Shown here piece by piece: positions 41,569-56,128 of a DNA stretch of 64,000 nt. The notes below the pieces were generated by a model. That model was not told the DNA's origin. It saw only the letters and a list, made by a program, of their open reading frames with translations, and did no database searches. This stretch comes from Octopus vulgaris (lineage: Eukaryota): NCBI GenBank assembly GCA_951406725.2, contig OX597819.1:16058001-16122000 (forward strand), written 5' to 3'. Made by a program: the position numbers and the translations under genes. The first letter of the stretch is position 1. Each line of letters opens with the position of its first letter.

Positions 41569-42104
41569 ATGTGTGTGTGAAGGATGTACACAACAGTTTG
41601 AAACTCTCCAGGGTAAAAAGAACTCAACACCACAAAGCAGAGCAAAAGAGCGAAATTTACTGTAAACAAAAAACGTGACTTCTGCGATTCATGCTTTCAC
41701 CTCTCACCGATTTTCAAGAATCAGATGAATTAATGAAATGAATGTAAACATGCATATGATATAAAAATAAAATCCTAATAAAGAGCAAAGAATTTGATAA
41801 CAGTTTTGCAAAAGTCTCTGAATATCAACATCGGCAACAAAAAAAAAAAAAAAAAAACGAGCTGCAGTTTTAAACATTGCGGACCGAAGTTGACCTCTCA
41901 GGTCTTGTAGAAAAAAACATTATGTTGAAAATTCGGAATTGTAACAATAAAGAATTTTCCAATGTTTTATGCTCAAGTAACAATTGTATTTCCACGAAGC
42001 TACACAAATCCTGCAGCGGTTTAAACTATTAAGCAAGTCAATACAAAGTTCACTTGTAAGGCGCTTTGGTATTTTCAAATTGTTCAACAGAAAGTTCTGA
42101 TTTA

Positions 42105-42770
42105 AGGCGGCGAGCTGGCAGAATCGTTAGCGCGCCGGGCGAAATGCTACGTTCAGAGTTCAAATTCCATCGAGGTCGACTTTGCCTTTCATCCTTTCGG
42201 GGTCGATTAAATAAGTACCAGTTACGCACTGGGGTCGATATAATCGATTTAATCCGTTTGTCTGTCCTTGTTTGTCCCCTCTGTGTGTAGCCCCTTGTGG
42301 GCAGCAAAGAAATAAGAATCGTTAGCACGCCGGGCGAAATGCTTAGTGGTAATTCGTCCGCCGCTGCGATCTGAGTTCAAATTCCGCCGAGGTCGACTTT
42401 GCCTTTCATCCTTAAATAAGTACCAGTTACACACTGCGGTCGATATAATCGACTTAATCCGTTTGTCTGTCCTTGTTTGTCCTCTGTGTTTAGCCCCTTG
42501 TGGGTAGTAAAGAAATAGGTATTTCATCTGCTGCTACGTTCTGAGTTCAAATTCCGCCGAGGTCGACTTTGCCTTTCATCCTTTCGGGATCGATTAAATA
42601 AGTACCATCTACGCACTTTGGTCGATATAATCAACTTAATCCGTTTGTCTGTTCTTGTTTGTCCTTTCTGTGGGTAGTAAAGAAATATTTCGTCTGCCGC
42701 TACGTTCTGAGTTTGTCTGTCCTTGTTTGTTCCCTCTGTGTATAGCCCCCACGGGCAGTAAAGAAATAAG
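42105..42770 (+). mobile_element. SINE family B multimer (3-4 units)
   Basis: Repeated GAGTTCAAATTCC...GTCGACTTTGCCTTTCATCC...GGGTAGTAAAGAAAT. Confidence 0.85.
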
Positions 42771-42810
42771 AAAGTTCTGATTTGAAACAATAAAAAGTGT
42801 GTGTGTGTGT

Positions 42811-42855
<45 letters not shown>

Positions 42856-42899
42856 CGCCCGTGTGTGTTTGTGTGCATGCGTGTAGTATATACATACAT

Positions 42900-43105
42900 G
42901 TTTTTATTGCACCGATATTGCTCTGCAATTGTCACCTGTGAGAGTTACAACTAATAAGGGCATCAAGCAAGAAGATGATGTCCCACCAACGCTCTTCACT
43001 GCATGTCTAGAAATGGTCATTATTGACTGGACAGGTGGCGTAAGCATCAGCGACGAGCTACTCACTAGCAGATTCAAAGACCTGCTGCAGACCATTCTGA
43101 CAGAG
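42900..43105 (+). mobile_element. RTE-type LINE reverse transcriptase fragment
   Basis: KGIKQEDDVPPTLFTACLE resembles the RT motif GVRQGDTISPKLFTACLE. Confidence 0.6.
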
Positions 43106-43469
43106 ATGTACATGCATTTACATACATACATACATAATACATACATACATACATATATACATACATACATACATACATACATACGTACATACATAGAAGT
43201 ACACACACACACACACACACGCACGCACACAAATGTATGCCAATATTTACATAGGCAAGTGCATACATATATATATATATATATACATACACACACGCAC
43301 ACGCATATAGATAGATACATACATAGATACACACACACACACACATATATATATACATTCATACAAATACAAAAACATATACATACACATATATGTATAT
43401 ACACATGCATATATATAATAAAAATATATGATATACGCATATATAGATATACGTACATACTTACAAATA

Positions 43470-43505
<36 letters not shown>

Positions 43506-43531
43506 TATACTTACATACTTACAATATGTCT

Positions 43532-43570
<39 letters not shown>

Positions 43571-43997
43571 TATACGTACATACTTAGTGAATATGTGTTT
43601 GTGAGTGTGTGAGTATGCGTGATTGCATGTAGATTCATACATGCACACAAACGTGCCTATATATACACACACACATTTATAAGTATAGATATATACACGC
43701 ACGCATTAATATCTAGAAGGTTATAATTAATTTCGAATTAAATATATGAGATGAAAATTAACTATATCCTTTATCGACCTTTAATTTCAGATTTCCAGTC
43801 TGCATCGGCAAGGCGCCAAACTTTTCTGATATTTTTTCTCATTGTTAAGTTTTCTTTATTAAAACACACTGCACAGAGCATGAATCTTAGCCCTCTGTAA
43901 GCTTAGCTGGAGCAAGTTTCTCCAGCGAAATGTGATATATTAATTCTGGTAAGCAACTCTCACCCACGCGTTCAGAGTAACAACTAGACAGTGTGTG

Positions 43998-44049
<52 letters not shown>

Positions 44050-44076
44050 ATATATATATATGTGTGTTTGTATATT

Positions 44077-44117
<41 letters not shown>

Positions 44118-44357
44118 TTATATACATATACATACATATATACGTACGTATATACGTACCTATGTATTTATATACGTATGTATATGTGTGAACCAATAAT
44201 TTAAATTGATTGAATATATATATATATACATATATATGTATATATATATACATACATGCATACATACATACATATATATATATATGTATATGTATATGTA
44301 TATATATATATACATATATATACATATACATACATATATATATACATATATATACAT

Positions 44358-44455
<98 letters not shown>

Positions 44456-45315
44456 TCATATATATTTCGATTGCTTCATTGGTAACACTTTTATAACCTT
44501 TTCTACAACCAGCCTCATTTATCCTTCTCTCTCTCTCTCTCTCTTTTTTTTTTCCCTCCCAAATAACTTCTACTCACGTTGCTAAATCTCTTTCTCTTTC
44601 TCCCGCTCTCTCTCCCCCCTCTCTCTTTTATTATTTCCCCGCTCTTTCTCACACTATCTATTCACCCTCTCACTTCTCTGTTCCGCTCTCTCTGTCTGCT
44701 TCTCTGCCTGTCTCTGTCTCTGTCTCTGTCTCCCTCTTCCTCCCTCTCTCTCTCTCTCTCTTTCTGTCTCTGTCTCGATCCTTTCCCCTTCCGACTCTTT
44801 ACACTCTTTTTCTTTCTCTCGCTCTCTTTTTATCTATCTTCTTCCCCCTCAGTCTCTTTTCACCTCTTCTCGATCTCTCTCGCTTTTCCTAGTCTCTCCA
44901 TATCTTCTCCCTTCACTTTGCTGTCCTCATCTACACATGTGTACCCACAACTAATATATTTCAAATTTCTATAACTAATTAATTTTAATTACATAATTAA
45001 TTGTTTCCTATTATTAAATTTCTTTCGAGAGAGCCTCAACGTCTTCACTGAAGCTGCTAGAAATAGCAATCAAATTTCCTTGAAATCGTACCCTACCCAG
45101 ATGAGTTTGTCACGGCTGGAACGTCTTTGATGTTAGACCTGATCCATCAAAGCTGATCGTAAGCTAAATACCAACAACTTTATTTCTTTCTTGCTTCTGT
45201 TTTTTTTCATTTATTCCTCATTTCTTTCTTTCCTAAATCGTTTCTTTATTCTGTAGATTGGAATAAAAATGGTCAGCCTACAAGTTACCACCACTACCAC
45301 AAAGTATAATATATA

Positions 45316-45697
45316 GGAGCACTCCGTCGCTTACGACGACGAGGGTTCCAGTTGATCCATTCAACGGAACAGCCTGCTTGTGAAATTAACGTGCAAGTGG
45401 CTGAGCACTCCACAGACACGTGTACCCTGAACGTAATTCTCAGGGAGATTCAGCGTGACACAGAGTGTGACAAGGCTGGCCCTTTGAAATACAGGTACAA
45501 CAGAAACAGGAAGTAAGAGTGAGTGAAAGTTGTGGTGAAAGAGTACAGCAAGGTTCACCACCATCCCCTGCCGGAGCCTCGTGAAGCTTTAGGTGTTTTC
45601 GCTCAATAAACACTGACAATGCCCGGTCTGGGAATCGAAACCGCGATCCTACGACCGCGTGTCCGCTGCCCTAACCACTGGGCCATTGCGCCTCCAC
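45316..45697 (-). mobile_element. SINE family C, main tail type
   Basis: Matches 48318-48707 and 62698-63080. Confidence 0.85.
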
Positions 45698-45834
45698 TAC
45701 TATTACAACAACAACAACTTCAACACCACAGATATTGAAAACAGCTGCAATTATAACAATAATAAAAGTTTCAAAATTTGGCTTAAGAGCGGCTGCTCTA
45801 GAGTGAGTGGTTCAGCACCTAATTGTTGCATGTG

Positions 45835-46543
45835 CTTATCGACGGCGAAAGGATGAAAGGTGAAGTCAACCTCGGAGCCATTTGATAGCAGAACGTAAAG
45901 ACAGTAAAAAATGCCGCTAAGCATTTTATCTGGCTCGGTTATCGACCCCGAAAGGATGAAAAGCAAAGTAGACCTTGGCGGAATTTGAACTCAGAACGTA
46001 GCGGCAGACGAAATACCTATTTCTTTATTACCCAAGGGGTTAAACACAGAGGGGACAAACAAGGACAGACATAGGTATTAAGTCGATTACATCGACCCCA
46101 GTGCGTAACTGGTACTTAATTTATCGACCCCGAAAGGATGAAAGGCAAAGTCGACCTCGGCGGACTTTGAACTCACAACGTAACGCAGACGAAATACCGC
46201 TAAGCATTTCGCCCAGCGTGCTAACGTTTCTGCCAGCTCGCCGCCTACCGCTAAACATTTCGCCCAGAGTGCTAACGAGTCTGCCAGCTTGCTGCCTTAA
46301 TACTACTACTACTACTAATAATAATCCTTTCTACTAAAGGCACAAGGCCTGAAATTTGGTAGGAGTGGAGGGACTAGTCGATTACATCGAACCAAGTGTG
46401 TCACTGATACTCAATTTATCGACCCCGAAAGGATGAAAAGCGAAGTAGACCTCGGCGGAATTTGAACTCAGAACGTAGCGGCAGACGAAATACCGCTTAG
46501 CATTTCGGGCAGTATGCTAACGAGTCTGCCAGCTCGCCGCTTT
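45835..46543 (-). mobile_element. Cluster of SINE family B copies and multimers
   Basis: Several ATCGAC..CGAAAGGATGAAA cores, two heads. Confidence 0.8.
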
Positions 46544-46572
46544 AACAACAACAACAACAACAATAATAATAA

Positions 46573-47067
46573 TGGACTTGACAGAGCAAAAAACCTGAGG
46601 ACATAATCGAAAACGATAATGCAAAGATCCTATGGGATTTTATGTTTCAGTGCGACCAACAGATTGAGAATAGGAAGCCGGACATAGTTTTAATTGAGAA
46701 AGAAAACAAACGATGTTGGATCATAGATATAGCATGCCCAGCTGACAAGGTATACGATAAGGAAGAAAGAAAAGTCGATAGATATGACAGGTTAGCTTGG
46801 GAGGTTAAGCAGTTGTGGTCGATGAAAAAGGTGGTAGAAATACCAATAATTGTTGGAGCCCTGGGAACAGTGAGTAGAAGTCTTTAGAAGTACATGGAAC
46901 AAATAGGGACTGCAATAAGAGTGGAACACTTGCAGAAAACAGCACTGCTTGGAAGCGCTCGAATACTCTGGAAGGTGCACGAAAAATAAGAGGTGTTACC
47001 TTAGTTCACTGGTAGTGAACAGCTAATACTGTAATACATCTACAGCGTTAGAAGCTGTGCACAGGCA
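46573..47067 (+). mobile_element. R4/Dong-like LINE 3' end in (TAA)n
   Basis: NRKPDIVLIEKENKRCWIIDIACP...IPIIVGALG (REL endonuclease); flanked by (CAA)n(TAA)n and (TAA)n. Confidence 0.85.
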
Positions 47068-47091
47068 ATAATAATAATAATAATAATAATG

Positions 47092-47157
<66 letters not shown>

Positions 47158-48292
47158 GTTTCATGTTTTGACACAAGACCAACAATTTTGAGGATAACTC
47201 GATTACGTCAACCCCAGTACTTGTCTAGTTCTTACTTTAGTAACTCCGAAGTATATGTGAGGTAAAGTCGATCTTGACGGGATTGGAACGTAGAACGTAG
47301 TCCATAAAGAGAGAGCAAAAAATGCCTCTACGCATTTTGTTCGATGCACCATCGATTCTACCAGCTCGCTGCCTTGATAATAATAATAAAAACGAGCCAT
47401 TAAGAGAGATTCTATGTGGTTTCCCATCTTGTTAGAAATAGCAGCCATAAAAAATGCAATTCCAATTACAAACCTGGAAAAGCCAGCCTCATAAAATTAC
47501 AGGACGCAATCTGAAACGCAATGCAGTAAAAGCAAACGCCAACCAAAAGGAAAGTCAGCATTAAGCAACTGGACAAGAAAACAAATTAAAAACAAAAATA
47601 AACAAAAATCAAACAACAGCAGAAAACAAAAAAACTGGGAAATATTTGTATCCAACAAAACCCACAAAATGCTTTATGTAGAGTCATTAACATCATCACG
47701 AACAACAATTGTGGCTGATACCACATCCCATGAATAATCTCAAGTAAGAATAATCTCAAGTAATTTAACCATACTGCAACACCAAGCAAACTCTCTGAGA
47801 CGTTTCTAGAAAATCGCCACAAAAAAGCAAAATATAAAAACACATGATTTGACGACTTTGCTTCCATCAAACATTTAAGATGTTATAAAGATATCCAAAA
47901 TGCTAGATGGATATTTATTAAGAAAAAAAAAAAAAAAATTAAACACGCTCAGAGCCGAACAAAATCATAAATATAAAATACATGGCAACTGAAAGAATCG
48001 ATGCACTCACCATCTTCCACAACTTGTTGGAACTAAAACTCAAATTCCCAGAACCTGGAAACGGGGGAAACACTCTAAACTTTCCAAACTGCAACAAACA
48101 CCCTTGTGAAGTAACATCATACAAACTTACGTAGTTTGTACTATGGTAAAAACTGAAAATATCATGAAATATAAAATAATGTAATAAGATAAAAATTACA
48201 CACACACACACACGCACAAATGTGAGCATTGTCGACACGCATATGTAGGGGGGTATAATAAAACTGATCTTGAGGAGATGACATGCTTTTCT

Positions 48293-48920
48293 TTAACCCT
48301 TTCTTTACTGTATTTCTGGAGGCGCAATGGCCCAGTGGTTAGGGCAGCGGACTCGCGGTCATAGGATCGCGGTTTCGATTCCCAGACCGGGCGTTGTGAG
48401 TGTTTATTGAGCGAAAACACCTAAAGCTCCACGAGGCTCCGGCAGGGATGGTAGTGATCCCTGCTGTACTCTTTCACCACAACTTTCTCTCAATCTTACT
48501 TCCTGTTTCTGTTGTACCTGTATTTCAAAGGGCCGGCCTTGTCACTCTCTGTGTCACGCTGAATATCCCTGAGAACTACGTTAAGAGTACACGTGTCTGT
48601 GGAGTGCTCAGCCACTTACACGTTAATTACACGAGCAGGCTGTTCCGTTGATTCGGATCAACCGGAACCCTCGTCGTCGTAACCGACGGAGTGCTTCTAT
48701 CCATCCTCTGTATTTCTGTTGAGATGCTCTGTGTTTCTTTCAATTAATTTTAAATATAACAAAGAATTTATAATAATAACTTAGTTATCATTCAGCTAGT
48801 GTTAGGAACATAAATTGTGACTAAGGTTTGGCGTAAGATTTTAACTTAAGACTTTTGAAAACAAGACATTTGTACTACAGAGCCAGAGATGGTTTCAGCC
48901 GGATTGGTAACGAAAGGATT
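48293..48920. mobile_element. piggyBac-like MITE interrupted by a SINE
   Basis: TTAA-CCCTTTCTTTAC left end and GTAACGAAAGG right end. Confidence 0.55.
48318..48707 (+). mobile_element. SINE family C, full length with TSD
   Basis: A and B boxes in the head; CTGTATTTCT duplicated at 48308 and 48708. Confidence 0.9.
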
Positions 48921-50782
48921 TCCCATTGACTAAAATTCTAACTTACGGTTGAAACTGGATTCAGATTCTCGTATGCAAACTGATTTACATATCGGTGTTA
49001 GCTATGTATCATATTTATATGGGTGAGATATTTAAAATATTTGAAGTGATTTAAAAATGCGAACAAAAATGCGATGAGAAATGAAGTCATTCAATGATAC
49101 AAAGAAAGAAATTTTAAAAGAAAGTTTACAAGATCCTGCAACGTTGAATTTTAGTCGATGAGAAATCCATAAAAAATTCAACATTTCAACGAGATTGTTC
49201 GATAACTCTACATATCGAGCTGTAAAACATTGCTCGGAAGTACTTCGGAACATGCTCGCAAGAATTCAATAATTCAGAATTAATAATTAAATGCTCGAAC
49301 CTATCTTTTTTTTTATTATCAAAATGGTTGAAAGAGAGATCAAATTTTTTACAACATGGCTAACTCTAAATGAGCTGCTAAGACCTTATCTTATATATAT
49401 CCCATACGTATATACAACGATCTTATGTTATCTATATCCCATAGGTTTATACGAAGAGACCAAATTAAAGAATTTTCTTGCTATGATGGACTTTACATAT
49501 TAGCTGTAAGTGGGATTGCACCGTAATGTTTTCTAAATCAATTTCTATACTTTGAGACATTGAAAATAGGTATGTAATCAAACTTTTTTCAAAAGCTGCC
49601 ATGATGAAATGGGCTCATCTTGTGATGAGAGGCAATGTTGAGCGTAGTCTATTGCATGAATACTGAGTAGATACGCTTGCACTGGAAGCAAAATTCCACA
49701 GAATACTTGGCGGAAGATTATAAATTTTATTTGCATAAAACAATTTCTCATTTGGTTTTCAGTAAATTAATATCTAAATAAAATAAAATCAACTAAGATT
49801 AATATTCACCGTAATATTTGAGCCTAAGCCATTGAATATTACTATAAAATATAAATATTTCTTATCTTCATGGTCATTCATTTTGAGACAACTAACCCAT
49901 TGTCCCCGTAAAAGCCACCTGTTAAACTAAGCCATTTCTTGCGTGAACAGTGAAAGATATAAACCCCACTCACTATAAACAGGTAATCTTTTCAAATGCA
50001 CCCATAGCGGTATAAAGTAGTGTCATTGTTTTTCTTAATTCAAGGTGAGATGTCAAAAAAGAAGGATGTTAATGTGTATACAATAATATCCATTTAAAAG
50101 CACTATGACTTTTACGAAGGCTGAAGCTTAGAGAAAAAATATTTTGTTAGGAAAGATTAAAAATCAATGATTCCAAATAGGATATATTTACCGTTTAGTG
50201 TTGCTAATGTTACTAAAACAATCTGTCTGTGATACGTTATTCCATGAATGAGGGACGGTATTTTATTTCACATAAATGTTGAAAATGTTTGTTAATTATG
50301 CCTGTTTCAGCTTTAAAAGAATTTCTACATTTAGGGTTAATACGAATATCAGGTTTATGATTCATGCGGGTTAGAAGAGGAATTATTTTAAATTTTAGTC
50401 ATCTGACAAAGTAATGGATATTTGCCACTGAAACAATTGTAATGTATCAATTTTGAAAAATACTTCTTTCTCCTGTTACGTAATATGGATATAATTATAA
50501 TTAAAAACTCACACGCGTGCGCACACACATACACACACACACACACACTTTCATAAAGACATACATATATTTGTATGCTAATTAAATGACCAGGTAATTC
50601 AGCTGATGGAGAAAAATACATACTTGCATACACACATAGGTACGTACATTCATCCATCCATCCATCCATCCATCCATCCATCCATCCATCCATCCATCCA
50701 TCCATCCATCCATACATACATACATACATAGATACATAGATACATACATTCACACATACATATATACAAACAAAAATACCCA

Positions 50783-51243
50783 AGATGGGGTGCTACCGCA
50801 CTGGAGCCTCAGGGTTAGACAGTATCTGAACACAACACTGCCAGACAGATGGATTGGACGGTCTGGGCGAGATGATCGCGTTCTCATGCTCTGGCGTCCC
50901 AGGTCTCCAGACTTCACACCCTGTGATTTCTTTTTGTGGGAGGCTGTGAAAGGACTGGTCTATGTGCCCCCTCTTCCAAAAGACGTTGATGGACTGAAGG
51001 CCCGAATAACGAAAGCTGTTGCAACCATCGACAACGCAATGTTCGAATGCGTTTGGCAAGAATTGGACTATCGGCTTGATGTGTGCCGTGTGACCAACGG
51101 TGCTCACATTGAACATCTTTGAACATTCCATAAAAAAAATTGAAATTGCAGGCTTTCAGAATATATCAGAAGCGTTTTTATATCCTTAATAGTTTTCAAG
51201 ATATTCAATGTCAAATTGTGCCCAAGACTTCTGGAACACCCTG

Positions 51244-51245
<2 letters not shown>
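50783..51245 (+). mobile_element. Tc1/mariner-superfamily transposase C-terminal remnant with right TIR
   Basis: [20 protein letters not shown]...WRPRSPDFTPCDFFLW...NGAHIEHL; end CTTCTGGAACACCCTG-TA. Confidence 0.85.
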
Positions 51246-51317
<72 letters not shown>

Positions 51318-51327
51318 GAAAGAGTGT

Positions 51328-51363
<36 letters not shown>

Positions 51364-51476
51364 GAGAGAGAGAAAGAAAGAAAGAGAACACTATGATGTA
51401 CATGTGATGCGTGACTAGTATGGGTATGCATGAATATCGTGCGTGTGTATGTGTGTGTGTGTGTATGTGTGTGTGT

Positions 51477-51532
<56 letters not shown>

Positions 51533-52218
51533 GTGCGTGTGAATGCTCGTAAGTGCCAGTTTTGTGTAAGTAGATGACTGGCGTGTAGAATATTGCATAC
51601 CTGAAATCTTCCTGTCGCTAATTTCTTATCACGGGTCGTACCGCAACATAAAGTAACATCCGTCTACATAGCTTTTATGCTTTCCACATAAGCCATTTTA
51701 TGAACACTATCTTATCATTACACGCATCATCAATAATTAAAATGTCATGTGATTTGTAATATGTAATACAAATTTGTTCATAACGTGTAAATTACATAGC
51801 ATTCTCTAAATGCTTATATTAACAGATTATAACAAAATCTTAATTAAGCAAATATTATTGGAATGATAGAAACACTAACAAGCCTGTCAAAGTTGAACTT
51901 CATTTGCAATGCAACGGTTCCGTAGTCTGAAGAGAAGTTATTTTAATAACATTCTATAAAGGAATCTATTCTAGCTTAATGTTTTTGTCCACATTCTATG
52001 TATGTGTCTGCGTGTTTCGCACACATACACATAAATATATATAAGTATATATAATCTATATATGTATACCAACACACACACATGTATAATTTTATATATG
52101 CATTTACGAGCACACCCTCATATAACTTAGAAATTGAGTGAAATTTATTAAAATGTCTAAACTTCAGGTAATTCACTCGAATATGTGTGTGCATGTATAT
52201 ATATATATATGCACATAC

Positions 52219-52269
<51 letters not shown>

Positions 52270-52273
<4 letters not shown>

Positions 52274-52479
52274 GTGACCGCGTGTGTACCGTTGGCGATT
52301 TTTTTCCCTCCGTCTTCCCTTCCCTGGATCTTTCCTTTTCCTATGTTTCTGACGAAGAGCTCCGCTCGAAACATAGAACCCTCCTTCTTCCCTTCCTTTC
52401 TGAGCGTCCAATAATACTATATTTGTTCCACGTCCTCGCGTTGTTGTGTTTTCTCTTTGTGTTTTCATGTTTGGATTAA

Positions 52480-52482
<3 letters not shown>
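52270..52482 (+). mobile_element. (TA)n-embedded Penelope-like terminal fragment with minimal hammerhead motif
   Basis: 52345-52379 GTTT-CTGACGA-A-GAGC-TCC-GCTC-GAAA-C-ATA-GAAC; T-rich tail; garbled copy at about 24140-24350 (-). Confidence 0.7.
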
Positions 52483-52539
<57 letters not shown>

Positions 52540-53549
52540 TGTAGGAACAATAAGTAGCTGTATTAGTTTAACGCTCGGGAAAGATGGAAAAGTATATATC
52601 TGCCCCCCCCCCACACACACACACACATGCACACACACATACACATACCATATATATATATATGTATATGTATATATAGATACATAGATACATATATACA
52701 TACATATATACATATATGTATATATATATATATATATGTGGTATGTGTGTGTATGTGTGTGTGTGTGTGTATATATATGTTATGACACATGACATATATG
52801 TATGTGCGTGCTTGAGTATGTGTGTGATAATCTTTCATTGATTTCAGACAGTAGTCTGTGGTCTTCAATGTTGTGTTCTTCGGCGGAGAATGAAGCGACT
52901 CACTTTTAAACTTTTCTTTCGATGATGAACCTCTTCGAGGTTCACACGGGATCTTATTCGGGAGAGTGCTCAAAGTTTTGCATGAATCCGGTAATATACA
53001 CTCTTAAGTCTTTGTGAGAGGATATGAAATACACAAGATCTAGCAGTCATAGCAAGCCTTCACAACACTCTAGTGCAGCACGAGTATGTTTGGCTGGCTT
53101 ACCAGCAGCCTCAGCTTCCAGTAATAATATCAAAAAATTATATGAGTTCGGATTAATTTGATTTATACATATATTATGATGTTTTCTTTTTTTTATATCA
53201 ATATCTTCTTTAGCTCTAGGTTAGCCGTGACAGAGCTGGCCTATGATTTCAGGCGTGACCGCTCTGTCTTTTTTACTTGTGTCTTGTATTATATTTTATG
53301 TGTTCTTTCATAACTGAAGACAATGTGGTGTGAATTGGAGGAGGTTTGGCTGTTGTTTAGCAGATCGAGAGACCAGGTAGAGACTCTCTCTCTCGTTTGT
53401 TGGCTCGTTATATCGATCTTCATGGCTAGTTGCCATTTTCTGATATAAAAATTACTTGAAAAATTTCGCCATAAGCGTCTAAGGTATATATTAATCATCT
53501 GTTGGAAATCTCTTACACCTGACACGAAACTGTCAAAGAAGGTGTGTTG

Positions 53550-54180
53550 TCTCGGAATGGAAATTCACCTTATCAAGTACCATAGGCTATGAGTTGGTCC
53601 AAGTCATCCACCTTAATAGTTTCATGCTTCCAAAATGATTACTTTAGGAAGAATTAGTTGTCAGAAAGTGTTCCCAGCACAAATCAAAAGAGAGATTTAT
53701 TGACGTTTATAAAAAAGAACAAAAAAGAACAATCTTAAGACCTTCAACATCAGCATTGTTTGTTGGAAACAACTAATACAAAATAAAACGGAATGGGGGT
53801 CTCTAACGAAGGACAATGGCCTGCAGTCTGGGAACCCCAAATAGTGAAATGTAATTTCCGAAAAGCAGTTGAGATTTCAGAGATTACCTCGCCTGCTCAG
53901 TCTGTGGTTGCATTATACTTACAGACGCCGGACATGTTATCCATAAACGGTCACATATTGGATGACCAACAGCACGCGGATCAAACTGCATACAACATTT
54001 GTCACACACTCTCACACCCAACCTCACACAAAATAAAGCAAGATCAAAACCAGGCAGTCATTTGAGAGCCCACCACAGAAATGCAATCAAACCTGTTACA
54101 GTGGGCATATGTGTGCAATGAGAAAGCGGATTGGCCCGAAATCAAGCAGATGACCACCACTAAGCACAACTGGAGCGCCG
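53550..54180 (+). mobile_element. Decayed RTE-type LINE C-terminus with C2H2 zinc finger
   Basis: KERFIDVYKK..NLKTFNISIVCWKQLIQNKTEW; CSVCGCIILTDAGHVIHKRSH at 53894-53956. Confidence 0.55.
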
Positions 54181-54189
54181 ACTAACTTA

Positions 54190-54491
54190 TGTTTGTTCCT
54201 TCTCTAGCCATGCCTGGCTCATAAGGGCCGGTTTCCCGGTTTCCTTGGCGTATAGGTTCCCCACCTGGACGGGACGCCGGTCCGTCGCAGGTGAGCTGCA
54301 AGATGCAGAAGGAAAGAGTGAGAGAAAGTTGTGGCGAAAGAGTCAGCAGAAGTTCGCCATTACCTTCTGCCGGAGCCGCGTGGAGCTTAGGTGTTTCGCT
54401 CATAAACACACACATCGCCCGGTCTGAGATTCGAACCCGCGATCTCTCGACCGCGAGTCTGCTGCTCTAACCACTAGGCTATGTGCCTCCA
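54190..54491 (-). mobile_element. SINE family C-related head with V-domain-like tail
   Basis: GGTTCGAATCTC B box; CCTGCGACGGACCGGCGTCCCGTCCAGG; flanked by CGACTAACTTATGT direct repeats. Confidence 0.8.
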
Positions 54492-55251
54492 CTCGACTAA
54501 CTTATGTGGTTCAACTATTTCCATATGTATCACTGACACAGTGTAATACACAGTATCATTCTGTATTCCACTTACCATTAGAAGGTATGTAGCTTGTGAG
54601 ATATTACCTTCCAACAATTGGTTCTATTTTGTAATCCCCTCACTGAAGCTATTCTTTTTCGTTTTTCTTTTTTTTTTTCTTCGTTTACAAATCCGTAGAA
54701 GACTTTGGAATCGGTTTTAAGTTTCTACAGACTTCGTATCCTTTAGTGTTCGTTCGTTTTCGTGCCAACATCTGATTTCATTCATAACTTCAGTAAGTGA
54801 CATTCTTAAGTAGGATTTTTCCTTGTCACTGGTTTTTTTCCGTTTAAGCGATTTGAGACGTCGATTCTATTTCGTATGAGAATATTTCTTATCCTGGGAA
54901 TGATATTCTTGTTAAACAGAGTCCTCCAATCTGGGACATTTTTTTAATACATATATAACTTGTATCAAAAAGGTTCAGCTTCATGCTAGTGTTTGCATAG
55001 AGAATTTAGGGACCAGTTTATCTTGTAAATCACTTTCTTAATTGAGTTTCCGTGAACTTTGAAAGAATTCAGGCGGCACAAGGTTCGTGTCTCACTACAA
55101 GTTCTTTTGAACAACAAATTATTCATACATACATACATACATACATACATACATACATACATACATACATACATACATACATACATACATACACACACAC
55201 ATACACGCACATACATACATACATACATACATACATACATACATACATACA

Positions 55252-55286
<35 letters not shown>

Positions 55287-55301
55287 GTATACATATACAT
55301 C

Positions 55302-55416
<115 letters not shown>

Positions 55417-55634
55417 AGTTATTATATTAGCAATATAATAGCAAAACTAAGAACCACAATAGTACTACAGTACCATGCAAAGCATTAAGCAAAATGAGAC
55501 ATACTTATCTGCAGGGCCGAAACAGCTGTAAGATGTAGTTTATATTTATATTTATATTTATTTATATTTATATTCTCTTATACATAATGTACTTATTGTA
55601 TCATATTACTCCTTTATGTACACTCCTTTATGTA

Positions 55635-56020
55635 CATAGAGGGGACAAACAAGGACAGGCAAAGGGACTAAGTCGATTACATCGACCCCAGTGCAAAACT
55701 GGTACTTTATTTATCGACTCCGAAAGGATGAAAGGCAAAGTCGACCTCGGCGGAATTTGAACTCAGAATGTAACGACAGACGAAATACCTATTTCTTTAT
55801 TACCCACAAGGGGCTAAACATAGAGGGGACAAACAAGGACAGACATAGGTATTAAGTCGATTATATCGACCCCAGAGCGTAACTGGTACTTAATTTATCG
55901 ACCCCGAAAGGATGAAAGGCAAAGTTGACCTCGGCGGAATTTGAACTCACAACGTAACGACAGACGAAATACCGCTAAGCATTTCGCCCGGCGCGCTAAC
56001 GTGTCTGCCAGCTCGCCGCC
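55635..56020 (-). mobile_element. SINE family B dimer
   Basis: One head, two tandem bodies. Confidence 0.85.
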
Positions 56021-56062
56021 TATCTCTGTCTGTTTGTCTGTCTGTCTCTCTCTCTCTCTCAC

Positions 56063-56128
<66 letters not shown>

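Noticed and set aside
48318-48395. tRNA gene
   Set aside because: tRNA-like A/B boxes belong to a SINE head that continues into a repeated body with a TSD
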